A stretch of 54,804 nucleotides of DNA from positions 1-54,804 of the forward strand of contig CACALG010000002.1 of NCBI GenBank assembly GCA_902533295.1. The letters run 5' to 3'. Below the pieces are notes generated by a model, which saw only the letters and a list, made by a program, of their open reading frames with translations, ran no database searches and was not told the origin of the DNA. How positions within the stretch are numbered: position 1 is the stretch's first letter; each line of letters begins with the position of its first letter. This document shows positions 1 to 8,566 of the stretch, piece after piece. The stretch is from an uncultured marine group III euryarchaeote. Lineage in GTDB: Archaea > Thermoplasmatota > Poseidoniia > MGIII > CG-Epi1. The translations under genes and the position numbers were made by a program.

Positions 1-308
1 GTGTATGGGAATCTTCCTTTGTAATGGCTATTTTTAATATTGAATATGAACTTGGTGGAAATACCGATCCTGGTAATGGCCCTTCTGGAACATATGATTT
101 GACAATAACTGACCCTGATGGAGAAGTGCATGGTGACGGTTATACCATGGTAACATGGGATAACAAAGTCAAGGATCGAACAATCATAATGCCTGTGATT
201 TATGGGACTTGGACAATAAAAATTTCAGGATCTGGATTAGATGGAATTGGGTCTATTCTTTATTCTGGAAATTACAATATTCTAATTGAAAGTGATAAAC
301 TAGAATAA
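1..308 (+). CDS. C-terminal fragment of a longer (probably secreted) protein; beta-sandwich, pre-peptidase-C-terminal-like
   Basis: The frame of the listed 24..308 ORF stays open back to the window edge (codons from nt 3, no stop), so the 94-aa ORF is probably only a tail. Gly/Asp/Thr-rich strand pattern (TYDLTITDPDGEVHGDGY...WTIKISGSG). Function not assignable. Confidence 0.35.
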   Translation, partial: VWESSFVMAIFNIEYELGGNTDPGNGPSGTYDLTITDPDGEVHGDGYTMVTWDNKVKDRTIIMPVIYGTWTIKISGSGLDGIGSILYSGNYNILIESDKLE

Positions 309-1109
309 ACTAGTATATATCAAAAAAGTTCCCAGAACTAAACAATATGGTGTAAAATAATGAAATTGCTGCTTCTTAATTAATATTAGAAGTAGATTAA
401 TCGAAAAATAACTAGTTATTACTGAAGAAATAAATCCTAAAATCAAAGACAATTCTCCAACATCTGAGATAGTCTCATCTATCTCTTCAATCTTAAGAAG
501 TGTAGCACCTAAAATTGCAGGGATAAAGAGGAGAAAGGAAAACCTAGCAGCCCTAACTGGATTCATACCTAATATTTTTGAAATTGCTATTGTAGTACCT
601 GATCTTGAAACTCCCGGTAGAATTGCCAATCCTTGGAAAAAACCAACCACCAATGCATTCTTAATTGGAAAGTCATCAATCTGTTTATCTCCACTATAAT
701 CTTTACTAAACCAAACTATAATTCCTGTAAAAACTAAACAACCTCCAACTAAATGCATTTCACTATAAAAATCACCAATAACAGTACTATTAAAATTAAA
801 GCCAATTATCGCAGTTGGAATTGATGCAATAATTACTAGGCCGATTAATCTCTGTTCACCTTTAAGATTAGTATAATTCTTATAATTAGAAAGAAAACCA
901 GGTAGTGCCGACATTATCTCCTTAATTTCATCTCTCATGATGTAAAGAATAACACAAAGTGAACCTAGATGCAATATTATATCAAATAAAATAGGTGGTT
1001 TTTCTTCAAAATAAAACTGAAAAATTGCTAAATGGCCGCTACTACTAATTGGTAACCATTCCGTAACGCCTTGCAGGATGCCCAAAATGACTGCCATCCA
1101 CCATTCCAT
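300..1109 (-). CDS. uppP: Undecaprenyl/polyprenyl-diphosphate phosphatase (BacA/UppP family)
   Basis: Hallmark motifs EWLPISSSGH near the N-terminus and PGVSRSGTTI in the C-terminal half; polytopic membrane protein of 269 aa. Confidence 0.9.
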   Translation of the reverse strand: MEWWMAVILGILQGVTEWLPISSSGHLAIFQFYFEEKPPILFDIILHLGSLCVILYIMRDEIKEIMSALPGFLSNYKNYTNLKGEQRLIGLVIIASIPTAIIGFNFNSTVIGDFYSEMHLVGGCLVFTGIIVWFSKDYSGDKQIDDFPIKNALVVGFFQGLAILPGVSRSGTTIAISKILGMNPVRAARFSFLLFIPAILGATLLKIEEIDETISDVGELSLILGFISSVITSYFSINLLLILIKKQQFHYFTPYCLVLGTFLIYTSLF

Positions 1110-1157
1110 AATTGCCCAATCGTCATGCTTATTTAACCGACGGGGGAGTAGTGCCTA

Positions 1158-2357
1158 ATGGGCGACATTAAGGTACGCTGTACAACGTGCTACAACGTTT
1201 TCAACACATCTAAGGAAGAAGGTGAAAGCGTGATTTGCCCCATGTGTGATAATTCTTTTACTGTAAAGAAAGTAAATATTGTTGCTGATATTGCACAGAG
1301 CATAACAGATTTCACAACAAAAATAGGATCGAATATTAAGGAAAAAATAGCTCCTGAATCTAAAAAAGATGACTCAATTTTTGAAGTTATTGACGGGAAG
1401 AAATATGACAAAGAATTACTCAGAGTAGCAGCTGAACTAACCAAAAAGAAGGAAGAAATAACGCTCGAAGGAAGTAAGCAGTTATTTGTTCAAATCAGTG
1501 ATTATGATGATTATACCCAAATAGAAAAACAGACCGTTGCTTATATTCGTAAGAATTATAAATTTACGCCAGAGGCAAATAAATGGTTGCGGACTGAAAT
1601 AAGTAGATGGGCACAAATCAGAACTAGAAATGAAGAAATAACGGATCCAACCAGTTCAAAATTCAAAAGTGGAAATCAAGTTTCATTCGTTTTCACTAAT
1701 CTTAAGGACGCATATCGATGGGATAATCTAAAAAATGATAAACCAAAAACTGCATCTCACTGGGCTGGTATTCTACTATCTATTGTATTTGTTTTAGGAT
1801 TATTTTCAGGAATTGCTTATGGATTCAAATGGAGCAATCAGAATACACAATGGAATAATGAAGGTTTGTCGGCAGTTCATGGTAGTGTAATAGACACTCA
1901 TGGAGATGCAATAGAAAATGTAATGGTAGAAGCTAATGGGAAAAAAACTACCACAAACCCACAAGGATGGTATGTCATTTATGATATTGTGGGTGACGAA
2001 GTGGAAATTAAATTTACAATGGAAGGGTATGGTTCTGTTACAGTCTTGATGAACATTCGGTCAGAAGGGACCAACATACTTGATATTGAATTATTAGAGG
2101 GTAATGAACAAAAATTTGACAATAGAAAAGAAGTTTCTGAACCATGGCCTCCTAATTATGCTCTGGCCCCAATTTTCATTATTGCATCAATCATGGCGCT
2201 CTTAGGAAGTTCAGCAGCAATATTGCAGCAAAATTTCAGACTTGCTGTAGCTGGATGCCTATTTGGAGTTATAAGCTATGGTTTCTTAATTGGTAGTATT
2301 TTATCAGTTATTGCTTTATCATTTTTGTTAGTAGATCGCAAAAAATTTGACAAATAA
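1158..2357 (+). CDS. Membrane protein: N-terminal Zn-ribbon, cytoplasmic domain, TM, carboxypeptidase-regulatory-like beta-sandwich, C-terminal 2-TM hairpin
   Basis: CTTC-x15-CPMC at the N-terminus. TM at WAGILLSIVFVLGLFSGIAYGF. GSVIDTHGDAIENVMVEANGKKTTTNPQGWYVIYDIVGDEVEIKFTMEGYG matches the CarboxypepD_reg pattern. The C-terminal hairpin is homologous to that of ORF 20863..21753. Confidence 0.6.
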   Translation: MGDIKVRCTTCYNVFNTSKEEGESVICPMCDNSFTVKKVNIVADIAQSITDFTTKIGSNIKEKIAPESKKDDSIFEVIDGKKYDKELLRVAAELTKKKEEITLEGSKQLFVQISDYDDYTQIEKQTVAYIRKNYKFTPEANKWLRTEISRWAQIRTRNEEITDPTSSKFKSGNQVSFVFTNLKDAYRWDNLKNDKPKTASHWAGILLSIVFVLGLFSGIAYGFKWSNQNTQWNNEGLSAVHGSVIDTHGDAIENVMVEANGKKTTTNPQGWYVIYDIVGDEVEIKFTMEGYGSVTVLMNIRSEGTNILDIELLEGNEQKFDNRKEVSEPWPPNYALAPIFIIASIMALLGSSAAILQQNFRLAVAGCLFGVISYGFLIGSILSVIALSFLLVDRKKFDK

Positions 2358-2362
2358 TACAT

Positions 2363-2890
2363 ATGTCTTCTTGGGAATTTAAAAAAAATATAGGCCAAAT
2401 GGGAAAATGGAATAAAATTTTCCTATCGATAACATGCTTGTGGGCCTTAATGATTTTGTCCGGACCTCTAATACTTGAATCAGGAGAAACGGGAGATTTA
2501 AGTGGAAACGTAGGTCTATATGATAATAAAGAAGTAATTCAAGGAATGAATCCAATAGCCAAAATGGTTTACTATCTAGGGGATGTTAATTGTCATCAAC
2601 TCGCTCATAGATCATATGAATACAACAATAATCAGATGCCTTTCTGTGCAAGGGATGTAGGAATCTTTGTTGGGCTTGCTGTAGGATTTATTGGCTCACT
2701 AGGTCGTAAAATTGAATTGACTTTGCCACTTGTAATTCTTTGCTTACTACCAATTGGTCTGGATGGAACTATACAACTTGTGACAGAATATGAATCAACT
2801 AATCCAAAGAGAATAATCACGGGACTAATTGCAGGAATTGCAACTGGGATTGCACTGAAAATTATTGCCGACTCGCTGGATCGAAACTAA
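2363..2890 (+). CDS. DUF2085-family membrane protein
   Basis: CHQLAHRSY...FCARDVGIF motif pair between TM segments is typical of DUF2085. 5 nt downstream of the preceding gene (likely co-transcribed). Confidence 0.55.
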   Translation: MSSWEFKKNIGQMGKWNKIFLSITCLWALMILSGPLILESGETGDLSGNVGLYDNKEVIQGMNPIAKMVYYLGDVNCHQLAHRSYEYNNNQMPFCARDVGIFVGLAVGFIGSLGRKIELTLPLVILCLLPIGLDGTIQLVTEYESTNPKRIITGLIAGIATGIALKIIADSLDRN

Positions 2891-3099
2891 TCATCCCAAT
2901 TCAATTCTGAATCACAAAACGGACATTTCGCATAATAATCTAACATTCCATCTTCCTCCTCAGTCTCATCAGTAAAGACCATTTCAGGGACTACGCGATA
3001 ACACACTCTACAGAGTTTGCCAGGGTTGTAAATTTTTTGATATGCAAATAATAATACTACTGCCAAAATAAATAGAACAATTAAAAAAATAAAAATCAT
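2887..3099 (-). CDS. Small membrane-anchored Zn-ribbon protein (70 aa)
   Basis: N-terminal TM (IFIFLIVLFILAVVLLFAY) followed by CRVC...CPFC. Its ATG overlaps the flippase stop (ATGA at 3096-3099), suggesting translational coupling. Confidence 0.5.
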   Translation of the reverse strand: MIFIFLIVLFILAVVLLFAYQKIYNPGKLCRVCYRVVPEMVFTDETEEEDGMLDYYAKCPFCDSELNWDD

Positions 3100-4655
3100 T
3101 TTTTCCTCATCAGCTCATCACCAACATAGCTAGTCATAGCTTTAGGATTCATTACATTCGAGAAGAAAATAAAATCATCTCTACTAAAAATTCCAACCGC
3201 AGCTAAAAGGAAGATGTATAGGAAACCCCCCAAAGCAGAGAAAAGAAATAACTCATACCATCTTTCTATAATTATTGCATCTTGAACCTGCCACATTATT
3301 AGCCCAATTATTAGGCCAAAGACTAATTGCATAAAGAATTCGAATTGTGGCTTTAAATTTAATGATGAATAACACAACACACGAAGAGATATACCTAAAA
3401 CTATTTCAGAGATTAGAAGTGCTAATGCTGCACCTTCTCCACCCATTCCAGGTAGGTCCTCCAATCCTAATTGTGGAATTTGCTTTGGAACTAGAATAAG
3501 CATCAATAATATATTTAGACAGGATGAAAAAATATTTATTATTGAGGTTAAATCAGGCCTATCTGAACCACGTAATGCTACAGACCAAGGACGATTAACT
3601 ACTTTGACTAAAGCTGCTAATGCTAAAAATTGAAGAATCCGAACTGCAGGTATGAATTCACGACTTATAAATACTTCAATAATCTCGCTAGACCAGATAA
3701 TCGTCATCGCAACAATTGGAATACAGACCATCGCAACATATCTTTCTGCATCATAAATTGAAGATTTTATTCCTTTTTCATTTGCATGTTTCTTAGAAAC
3801 TGAGGGTAAAAGCATCTCCTCAATTGCTAGAGCCATTGTACCTATGAAAAGTGTAATTCTTTGCACACCAAAATAGAGACCTACATCTGTAGCGGTCCAA
3901 AAAATTCCCACTAATATTTTGTCAATATGTTGCCTAAGGACTCCAAAAATAGAAGCTGCAGCTACTGGAAGAGCAAAAGATTTATAGGAATTGAAAAACT
4001 CTTTGTTTGGTTTAGAAATAGGATAATCTCGAAAATACCATAAAGACATAAGGGAAATAATTACAATACCAATTATTTGGGAAATTGCTAACCATAGAAC
4101 TCCTTGTTCGGGAAGAATATTTCCAGATGATACCTGAAATGCAGTGTATATGAAAAGAATTGAACGTATCGTAGTTCCAACTACATTTGGAATAGCTACC
4201 TTTGCACTTTGCTCAAGACCACTGAATGTAGCTTTAACTACTCCCAGGAGGAGAAAAATAATGTAATAGACTAGAACTAAAAGAAGTACAGTTTCTGTCG
4301 TATCATAAAGATCTTTTCCTAGTGGAAGGCCATACCTAATTTCTGGTGCTGTCCAAAGCCAATAGAATAAAGCAAAAACAGTGAGCATAACTGAAATCAG
4401 AAATAATCTTATTGAGAGAAATGTACCAATACATTTACCTAAGTCAAGACCTTCACTAACTCTCTTAACATGAGCCATGCGAAATCCAAAAAATGCTAAA
4501 AATGTGAAACCTCCTACTAAACTCATTGCATAGCTAAATTCACCTATAGCCTCAGCCCCCATTTTTCTAGCAACAAACAATAATGCAATCCAACCAATTA
4601 TCGCGTTAATATTTTCTGCACCAAAGAGCAGAGCTATCTTGCGGGAGGTCGCCAT
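3096..4655 (-). CDS. Polysaccharide/oligosaccharide flippase, MOP superfamily (Wzx/RfbX-like)
   Basis: 519 aa with about 14 predicted TM helices. N-terminal segment KIALLFGAENINAIIGWIALLFVARKMGAEAIGEFSYA is typical of polysaccharide biosynthesis (PST) transporters. Confidence 0.75.
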   Translation of the reverse strand: MATSRKIALLFGAENINAIIGWIALLFVARKMGAEAIGEFSYAMSLVGGFTFLAFFGFRMAHVKRVSEGLDLGKCIGTFLSIRLFLISVMLTVFALFYWLWTAPEIRYGLPLGKDLYDTTETVLLLVLVYYIIFLLLGVVKATFSGLEQSAKVAIPNVVGTTIRSILFIYTAFQVSSGNILPEQGVLWLAISQIIGIVIISLMSLWYFRDYPISKPNKEFFNSYKSFALPVAAASIFGVLRQHIDKILVGIFWTATDVGLYFGVQRITLFIGTMALAIEEMLLPSVSKKHANEKGIKSSIYDAERYVAMVCIPIVAMTIIWSSEIIEVFISREFIPAVRILQFLALAALVKVVNRPWSVALRGSDRPDLTSIINIFSSCLNILLMLILVPKQIPQLGLEDLPGMGGEGAALALLISEIVLGISLRVLCYSSLNLKPQFEFFMQLVFGLIIGLIMWQVQDAIIIERWYELFLFSALGGFLYIFLLAAVGIFSRDDFIFFSNVMNPKAMTSYVGDELMRKK

Positions 4656-4702
4656 AGTTTGCGCACAGTGCTTGGGATTTAAAGGCCCGCCCTCTTGGGG
4701 AT

Positions 4703-5608
4703 GTGATGGTGCCGAGGATATTAGTAGCAGGTGTTTTGGCCTTAGACAATCTTAAAACTCCAAAGAGGAGTGAAGAACGAATTGTGGGCGGTGCTGGAGT
4801 CTATTCTAGCATCTCATCAAGTATTTTCACAGACACGGCCTTAGTAGCAGCTATTGGAAATGATTTTCCTAAAACTATTCTTGAAGAAATTAAAAAACAT
4901 GGAATAAATATTCAATCAGTAAGTGAATTGGACTATCCTACCTTTCACTGGTCTGGAGAATACAAAGGAGATATGTCACAAGCAATAACACACGAAACTG
5001 ATTTTAGAATTAATGAGCATTATGATTGGAATATTGAAAAGCAACATAGAGAGCCAAAAGTCTTGCTCCTTTGCAATAATGATCCAAATATTCAATTAAG
5101 AATCTTAGAACAAGTGAAAGCGGAAACAATCGCAATGGACACTATGAATTTATGGATAGATATAGCGAAAGATAAACTAGACTTAGTTGTTTCACAAGTA
5201 AATATTTTATTCATAAATGATGCAGAAGCACAGCAATATGCCAAATGCAATGACTTAGATGAAGCTGCTACTAATTTACTTGCAAAAGGACCTGAATTTG
5301 TGATAATAAAAAGAGGAGAACAGGGCGCATCACTTTACTCCAATAAAGCGACTAACCATCTTCCTGCATTTAGAGTCGATGACTTTGTAGACCCGACGGG
5401 TGCTGGTGATAGTTTTGCTGGTGCGGCGATGGGATATTTATCTGATAAAAATATTGATGAAGAAAATCTATTGATTGCAATGAATTACGGAGCTGCGGTC
5501 GCATCAGTGACTGTGGAAGGATTCGGAACTGAAAGCATAATGTCAATTACAAAGACTGAAATTGATAATAGATTCAGAAAACTTGTTGGTGGGCCCGGCC
5601 GGATTTGA
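4703..5608 (+). CDS. PfkB-family carbohydrate/nucleoside kinase
   Basis: C-terminal DPTGAGDSFAGA signature of the ribokinase/PfkB family plus an N-terminal GG dipeptide motif (VGGAGVY). GTG at 4703, or ATG at 4706. The last 22 nt lie antisense to a tRNA gene. Confidence 0.8.
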   Translation: MMVPRILVAGVLALDNLKTPKRSEERIVGGAGVYSSISSSIFTDTALVAAIGNDFPKTILEEIKKHGINIQSVSELDYPTFHWSGEYKGDMSQAITHETDFRINEHYDWNIEKQHREPKVLLLCNNDPNIQLRILEQVKAETIAMDTMNLWIDIAKDKLDLVVSQVNILFINDAEAQQYAKCNDLDEAATNLLAKGPEFVIIKRGEQGASLYSNKATNHLPAFRVDDFVDPTGAGDSFAGAAMGYLSDKNIDEENLLIAMNYGAAVASVTVEGFGTESIMSITKTEIDNRFRKLVGGPGRI

Positions 5609-5663
5609 ACCGACGACCGCCCGGTTATGAGCCGGGAGCTCCACCAGACTAAGCTACGGGCCC
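5587..5663 (-). tRNA. tRNA with CAT anticodon (elongator Met or Ile2/agmatidine type), CCA encoded
   Basis: The reverse complement folds as GGGCCCG-TA-GCTT..GAGC-T-CCCGG-CTCATAA-CCGGG-CGGTC-GTCGG-TTCAAAT-CCGGC-CGGGCCC-A-CCA. G1:C72 and C29 argue against an initiator. The GGGCCC acceptor resembles archaeal Ile tRNAs. Confidence 0.9.
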
Positions 5664-5666
5664 CAG

Positions 5667-5743
5667 TGGCGCCGCTGATCGGATTCGAACCGATGACCGT
5701 CCGGTTAACAGCCGGATGCTCTGACCTACTGAGCTACAGCGGC
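5667..5743 (-). tRNA. tRNA-Asn (GTT), CCA encoded
   Basis: The reverse complement folds as GCCGCTG-TA-GCTC..GAGC-A-TCCGG-CTGTTAA-CCGGA-CGGTC-ATCGG-TTCGAAT-CCGAT-CAGCGGC-G-CCA. Confidence 0.9.
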
Positions 5744-5769
5744 ACTGGATTGTGCTCACCAAGCTATGG

Positions 5770-5776
5770 TTTAAAA
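5770..5776 (-). promoter_or_regulatory. Candidate archaeal TATA box for the tRNA-Asn/tRNA-CAT pair
   Basis: TTTTAAA on the minus strand, 27-33 nt upstream of the tRNA-Asn 5' end (5743). This is the expected archaeal TATA distance. Confidence 0.35.
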
Positions 5777-5826
5777 CTTCTGCGATGAACATAGATTGTA
5801 TTTATGTGCAGTTTCATTAAGCTAAA

Positions 5827-7104
5827 ATGTCTCTGGTTATTATGGTCCGAAGTCGCCTCACAACTGGTGGATTTGCGGAGCCTGTAGTCGCCGACACTGC
5901 GAGGACCCTTTCCAAGCAGGGCCATCGCGTAATTCTATTAGCATGGGATAGAACTGCTAAGAATGAAATCACTACTACAACCGAATGGGGGACCGTATGG
6001 AGATATCAAGAAGAATGTGCATTGAACAACGCTGCGCTTTTTGCAAGGAAACTTCCTGGTTTTTTATCATGGAGTACATGGCAAATACTTGCTTTTCAAA
6101 AAATAGAAAAAGACATTATTCTTCATTACCATGATTTGGACACTTTAATTGGAGGTGTATTCACATCAAAAATAGCTGAATTACCTTTAGTATACGATTG
6201 TCATGAAAATTACCCCGGACTTGTCAAAGGTGCAGTGTCTAATTTTATAGCGAATCGCCTTCACAAATTAGAAGCTAGTTTACTGAAACATTGTGATGGA
6301 ATAATATCTGCAGGACCTGCTAACTATGCTAGAATTAATAGAATGTTAGAAGAGGGTGGAAATGCACCATTTGCAGCCACTGAAGAAGAAGCATTCAAGG
6401 TAATGACGTTATCACAACGTGAATTTCTTAATAATAAATTAACAAGAATAGGAAATATCAAGAGATTAGAAAATTATCCATTAAGAAGAATAGAAAATAA
6501 AGAAAAGAACAAAGAATTTAGATTATTATATATCGGTGTTTTAGAAAAGCATCCCTCAAGAGGTATACTAGAGACCATAATGACTGTAAGCAAAATGAAA
6601 GGAATTCAATTTGATATTGGAGGATTTGGTACGTTAGTCCCTAAAATAAAGAAGATGCAAGAAAAAATAAAAAATGTGAATTATATGGGATCAATACATC
6701 CAGATAATGTAGCACTAAAAACAATTGAATGCGATGCTGTTCTAATGGCATTAGACCCAAATAATATTAATAATAAAATGAGTGCTCCGAATAAATTATT
6801 TGAGGCTATGGCTGCAGGAGTACCAATAGTAACTTGCAAAGAACTCTTAATGGGTCAGTTTGTTGAAAGAGAAGATATTGGATTGACATTTGAATGGGAA
6901 AAATGGGATAGACTCAAAGCAGTTCTAATGAAAATGATGTTTGATGAAAATTTGTGTAAAGAAATGGGAAAAAGAGGAAGAAAATTAGCTGAGAAAGTAC
7001 ACAATTGGGAATATTGTGAAGACAGAATTGAGTCTCTATATAGATTTGTAAAAAAATCTAGGATTCCAAACGTTCAGCAATCTCTTCAGGTGAAAGAACC
7101 GTAG
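5827..7104 (+). CDS. GT-B fold glycosyltransferase (GT4-like)
   Basis: N-terminal GGFAEPVVADTARTLSKQGHRVILL and C-terminal NKLFEAMAAGVPIVT sugar-nucleotide binding motif. The 3' end overlaps the convergent ATP-grasp gene by 47 nt. Confidence 0.75.
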   Translation: MSLVIMVRSRLTTGGFAEPVVADTARTLSKQGHRVILLAWDRTAKNEITTTTEWGTVWRYQEECALNNAALFARKLPGFLSWSTWQILAFQKIEKDIILHYHDLDTLIGGVFTSKIAELPLVYDCHENYPGLVKGAVSNFIANRLHKLEASLLKHCDGIISAGPANYARINRMLEEGGNAPFAATEEEAFKVMTLSQREFLNNKLTRIGNIKRLENYPLRRIENKEKNKEFRLLYIGVLEKHPSRGILETIMTVSKMKGIQFDIGGFGTLVPKIKKMQEKIKNVNYMGSIHPDNVALKTIECDAVLMALDPNNINNKMSAPNKLFEAMAAGVPIVTCKELLMGQFVEREDIGLTFEWEKWDRLKAVLMKMMFDENLCKEMGKRGRKLAEKVHNWEYCEDRIESLYRFVKKSRIPNVQQSLQVKEP

Positions 7105-8119
7105 GTAATGTATCTAAAGAACGGATTAAATATTTCTCAGAGTAATCAAATTTATCAATTATATTCAGTTCTTCATCAAGCGCTAATTGCAAATATGTAT
7201 CAATCATTGAATATTTACCTGAAAGATTGAATAAATTTGTTATCATAAAAAATCGTCCTATGTTTATCTCAGTAACGCAAAATTCATTTTTAGAATTCAT
7301 CTTGATATCTATATCATAATTACCATGAGCCTTACCTTCTGAAAGTTTTGTTATCACATCTACACAAAAATCAAATAATTTTTCATCATAAACTGTCTTA
7401 GCCAATTCAGGTGATGAGGACATATTACTTGGACGGGAAGCTGCTTCAATATACGAAAGCCGTTCTGCTGCTTTCATTAATATAAGAGTACCATTCTTCC
7501 ACGTACTTTGACAAGCGAAATCTTTACCTGGTAAAAACTCTGATATAGTGAAATCAGATATTTTCATTCCTCGCATCTCATTCCAATACTTAATCCACCA
7601 CCTAGCTTGTTCAGGATCCTTTACCTTGGTAGCTCCCTTGGAACCTGCACCTTTTATTGCTCTACACCAAAGTAATTCTGAATCAAATTTTGAAAAAATA
7701 GACTCTATATCATCAAGGCTTTCAACATGGTATGTCTCGGCCACTCTGATATTATTGGATATTGCAAAATTGTGAAATTGCCATTTATCTAGACACAATG
7801 TTACAGATTGATGATCTGGGAAAAAAAGTTCAGTTCCTAAATTATCACGTATTTCTGATAATTTTTCAACTTCAGGATCATTAGTAGGAATTATTAACTG
7901 CGGTTTTTCTTTTCTTATAATCTCGCAAATTTTCTTTTCGTAATCTGGTGATGAAGCAGGAGGAACAACAAACCGTGAATCCACATTTGCTCTTGCCACT
8001 TTGTATGAAGAAATATCAAAACCAATCAAATGGTATTTTTCTCTTTCTTTAATTGTGGAAATTATGTTATTGGCACCACCGCCACCAGCGCCTGTAATTA
8101 CTATCTTGATTTTTTCCAT
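7058..8119 (-). CDS. ATP-grasp superfamily ligase
   Basis: A pre-ATP-grasp Rossmann-like N-terminus (KIVITGAGGGGANN) followed by the typical ATP-grasp layout (DKWQFHNF..., WCRAIKGAGSKG, FLPGKDF, EINIGRF). Substrate unknown. Confidence 0.65.
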   Translation of the reverse strand: MEKIKIVITGAGGGGANNIISTIKEREKYHLIGFDISSYKVARANVDSRFVVPPASSPDYEKKICEIIRKEKPQLIIPTNDPEVEKLSEIRDNLGTELFFPDHQSVTLCLDKWQFHNFAISNNIRVAETYHVESLDDIESIFSKFDSELLWCRAIKGAGSKGATKVKDPEQARWWIKYWNEMRGMKISDFTISEFLPGKDFACQSTWKNGTLILMKAAERLSYIEAASRPSNMSSSPELAKTVYDEKLFDFCVDVITKLSEGKAHGNYDIDIKMNSKNEFCVTEINIGRFFMITNLFNLSGKYSMIDTYLQLALDEELNIIDKFDYSEKYLIRSLDTLPTVLSPEEIAERLES

Positions 8120-8121
8120 AA

Positions 8122-8523
8122 TTAATACATCATATCTGAATTTGGATAATATTTGAATTCAAGAACATTATTTGATGGATCTCTAAAGAAAAGAGTCCTA
8201 TGTACTTCGGGCTTTCCCTCAAATCTAGTATTGACTGGTTGAATAAAATCAACATTATTTTTCTCTAGCCTTTCTACCATTTCATTAAAATCTGATTCAT
8301 CATAAAAAGTGACGCCAAAATGTCTTGGATATGGATTTGGATCGTTATCTATTTTTTCTGGAGAAAGATGACAAACTAATTGATCACCAAAGAAATTAAA
8401 AGTTGCCCTATCATCATATTGCCTAGAAAGCTGACAACCCATTATTGTTTCATAAAATTCAACCGTTTCCTTAATGTCCTTGCAAGGAATTGCCAAATGG
8501 AAAACATCTTTTGAATTACGCAT
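8122..8523 (-). CDS. Glyoxalase/bleomycin-resistance/dioxygenase (VOC) superfamily protein
   Basis: VFHLAIPCKDIKETVEFYETIMGCQL... and HFGVTF...LFFRDPSNNVLEF show the beta-alpha-beta-beta-beta VOC module pattern. Confidence 0.65.
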   Translation of the reverse strand: MRNSKDVFHLAIPCKDIKETVEFYETIMGCQLSRQYDDRATFNFFGDQLVCHLSPEKIDNDPNPYPRHFGVTFYDESDFNEMVERLEKNNVDFIQPVNTRFEGKPEVHRTLFFRDPSNNVLEFKYYPNSDMMY

Positions 8524-8566
8524 TGTTACTTAACCAAAGCTGACATTATTTATAATCTAAGTTAAA

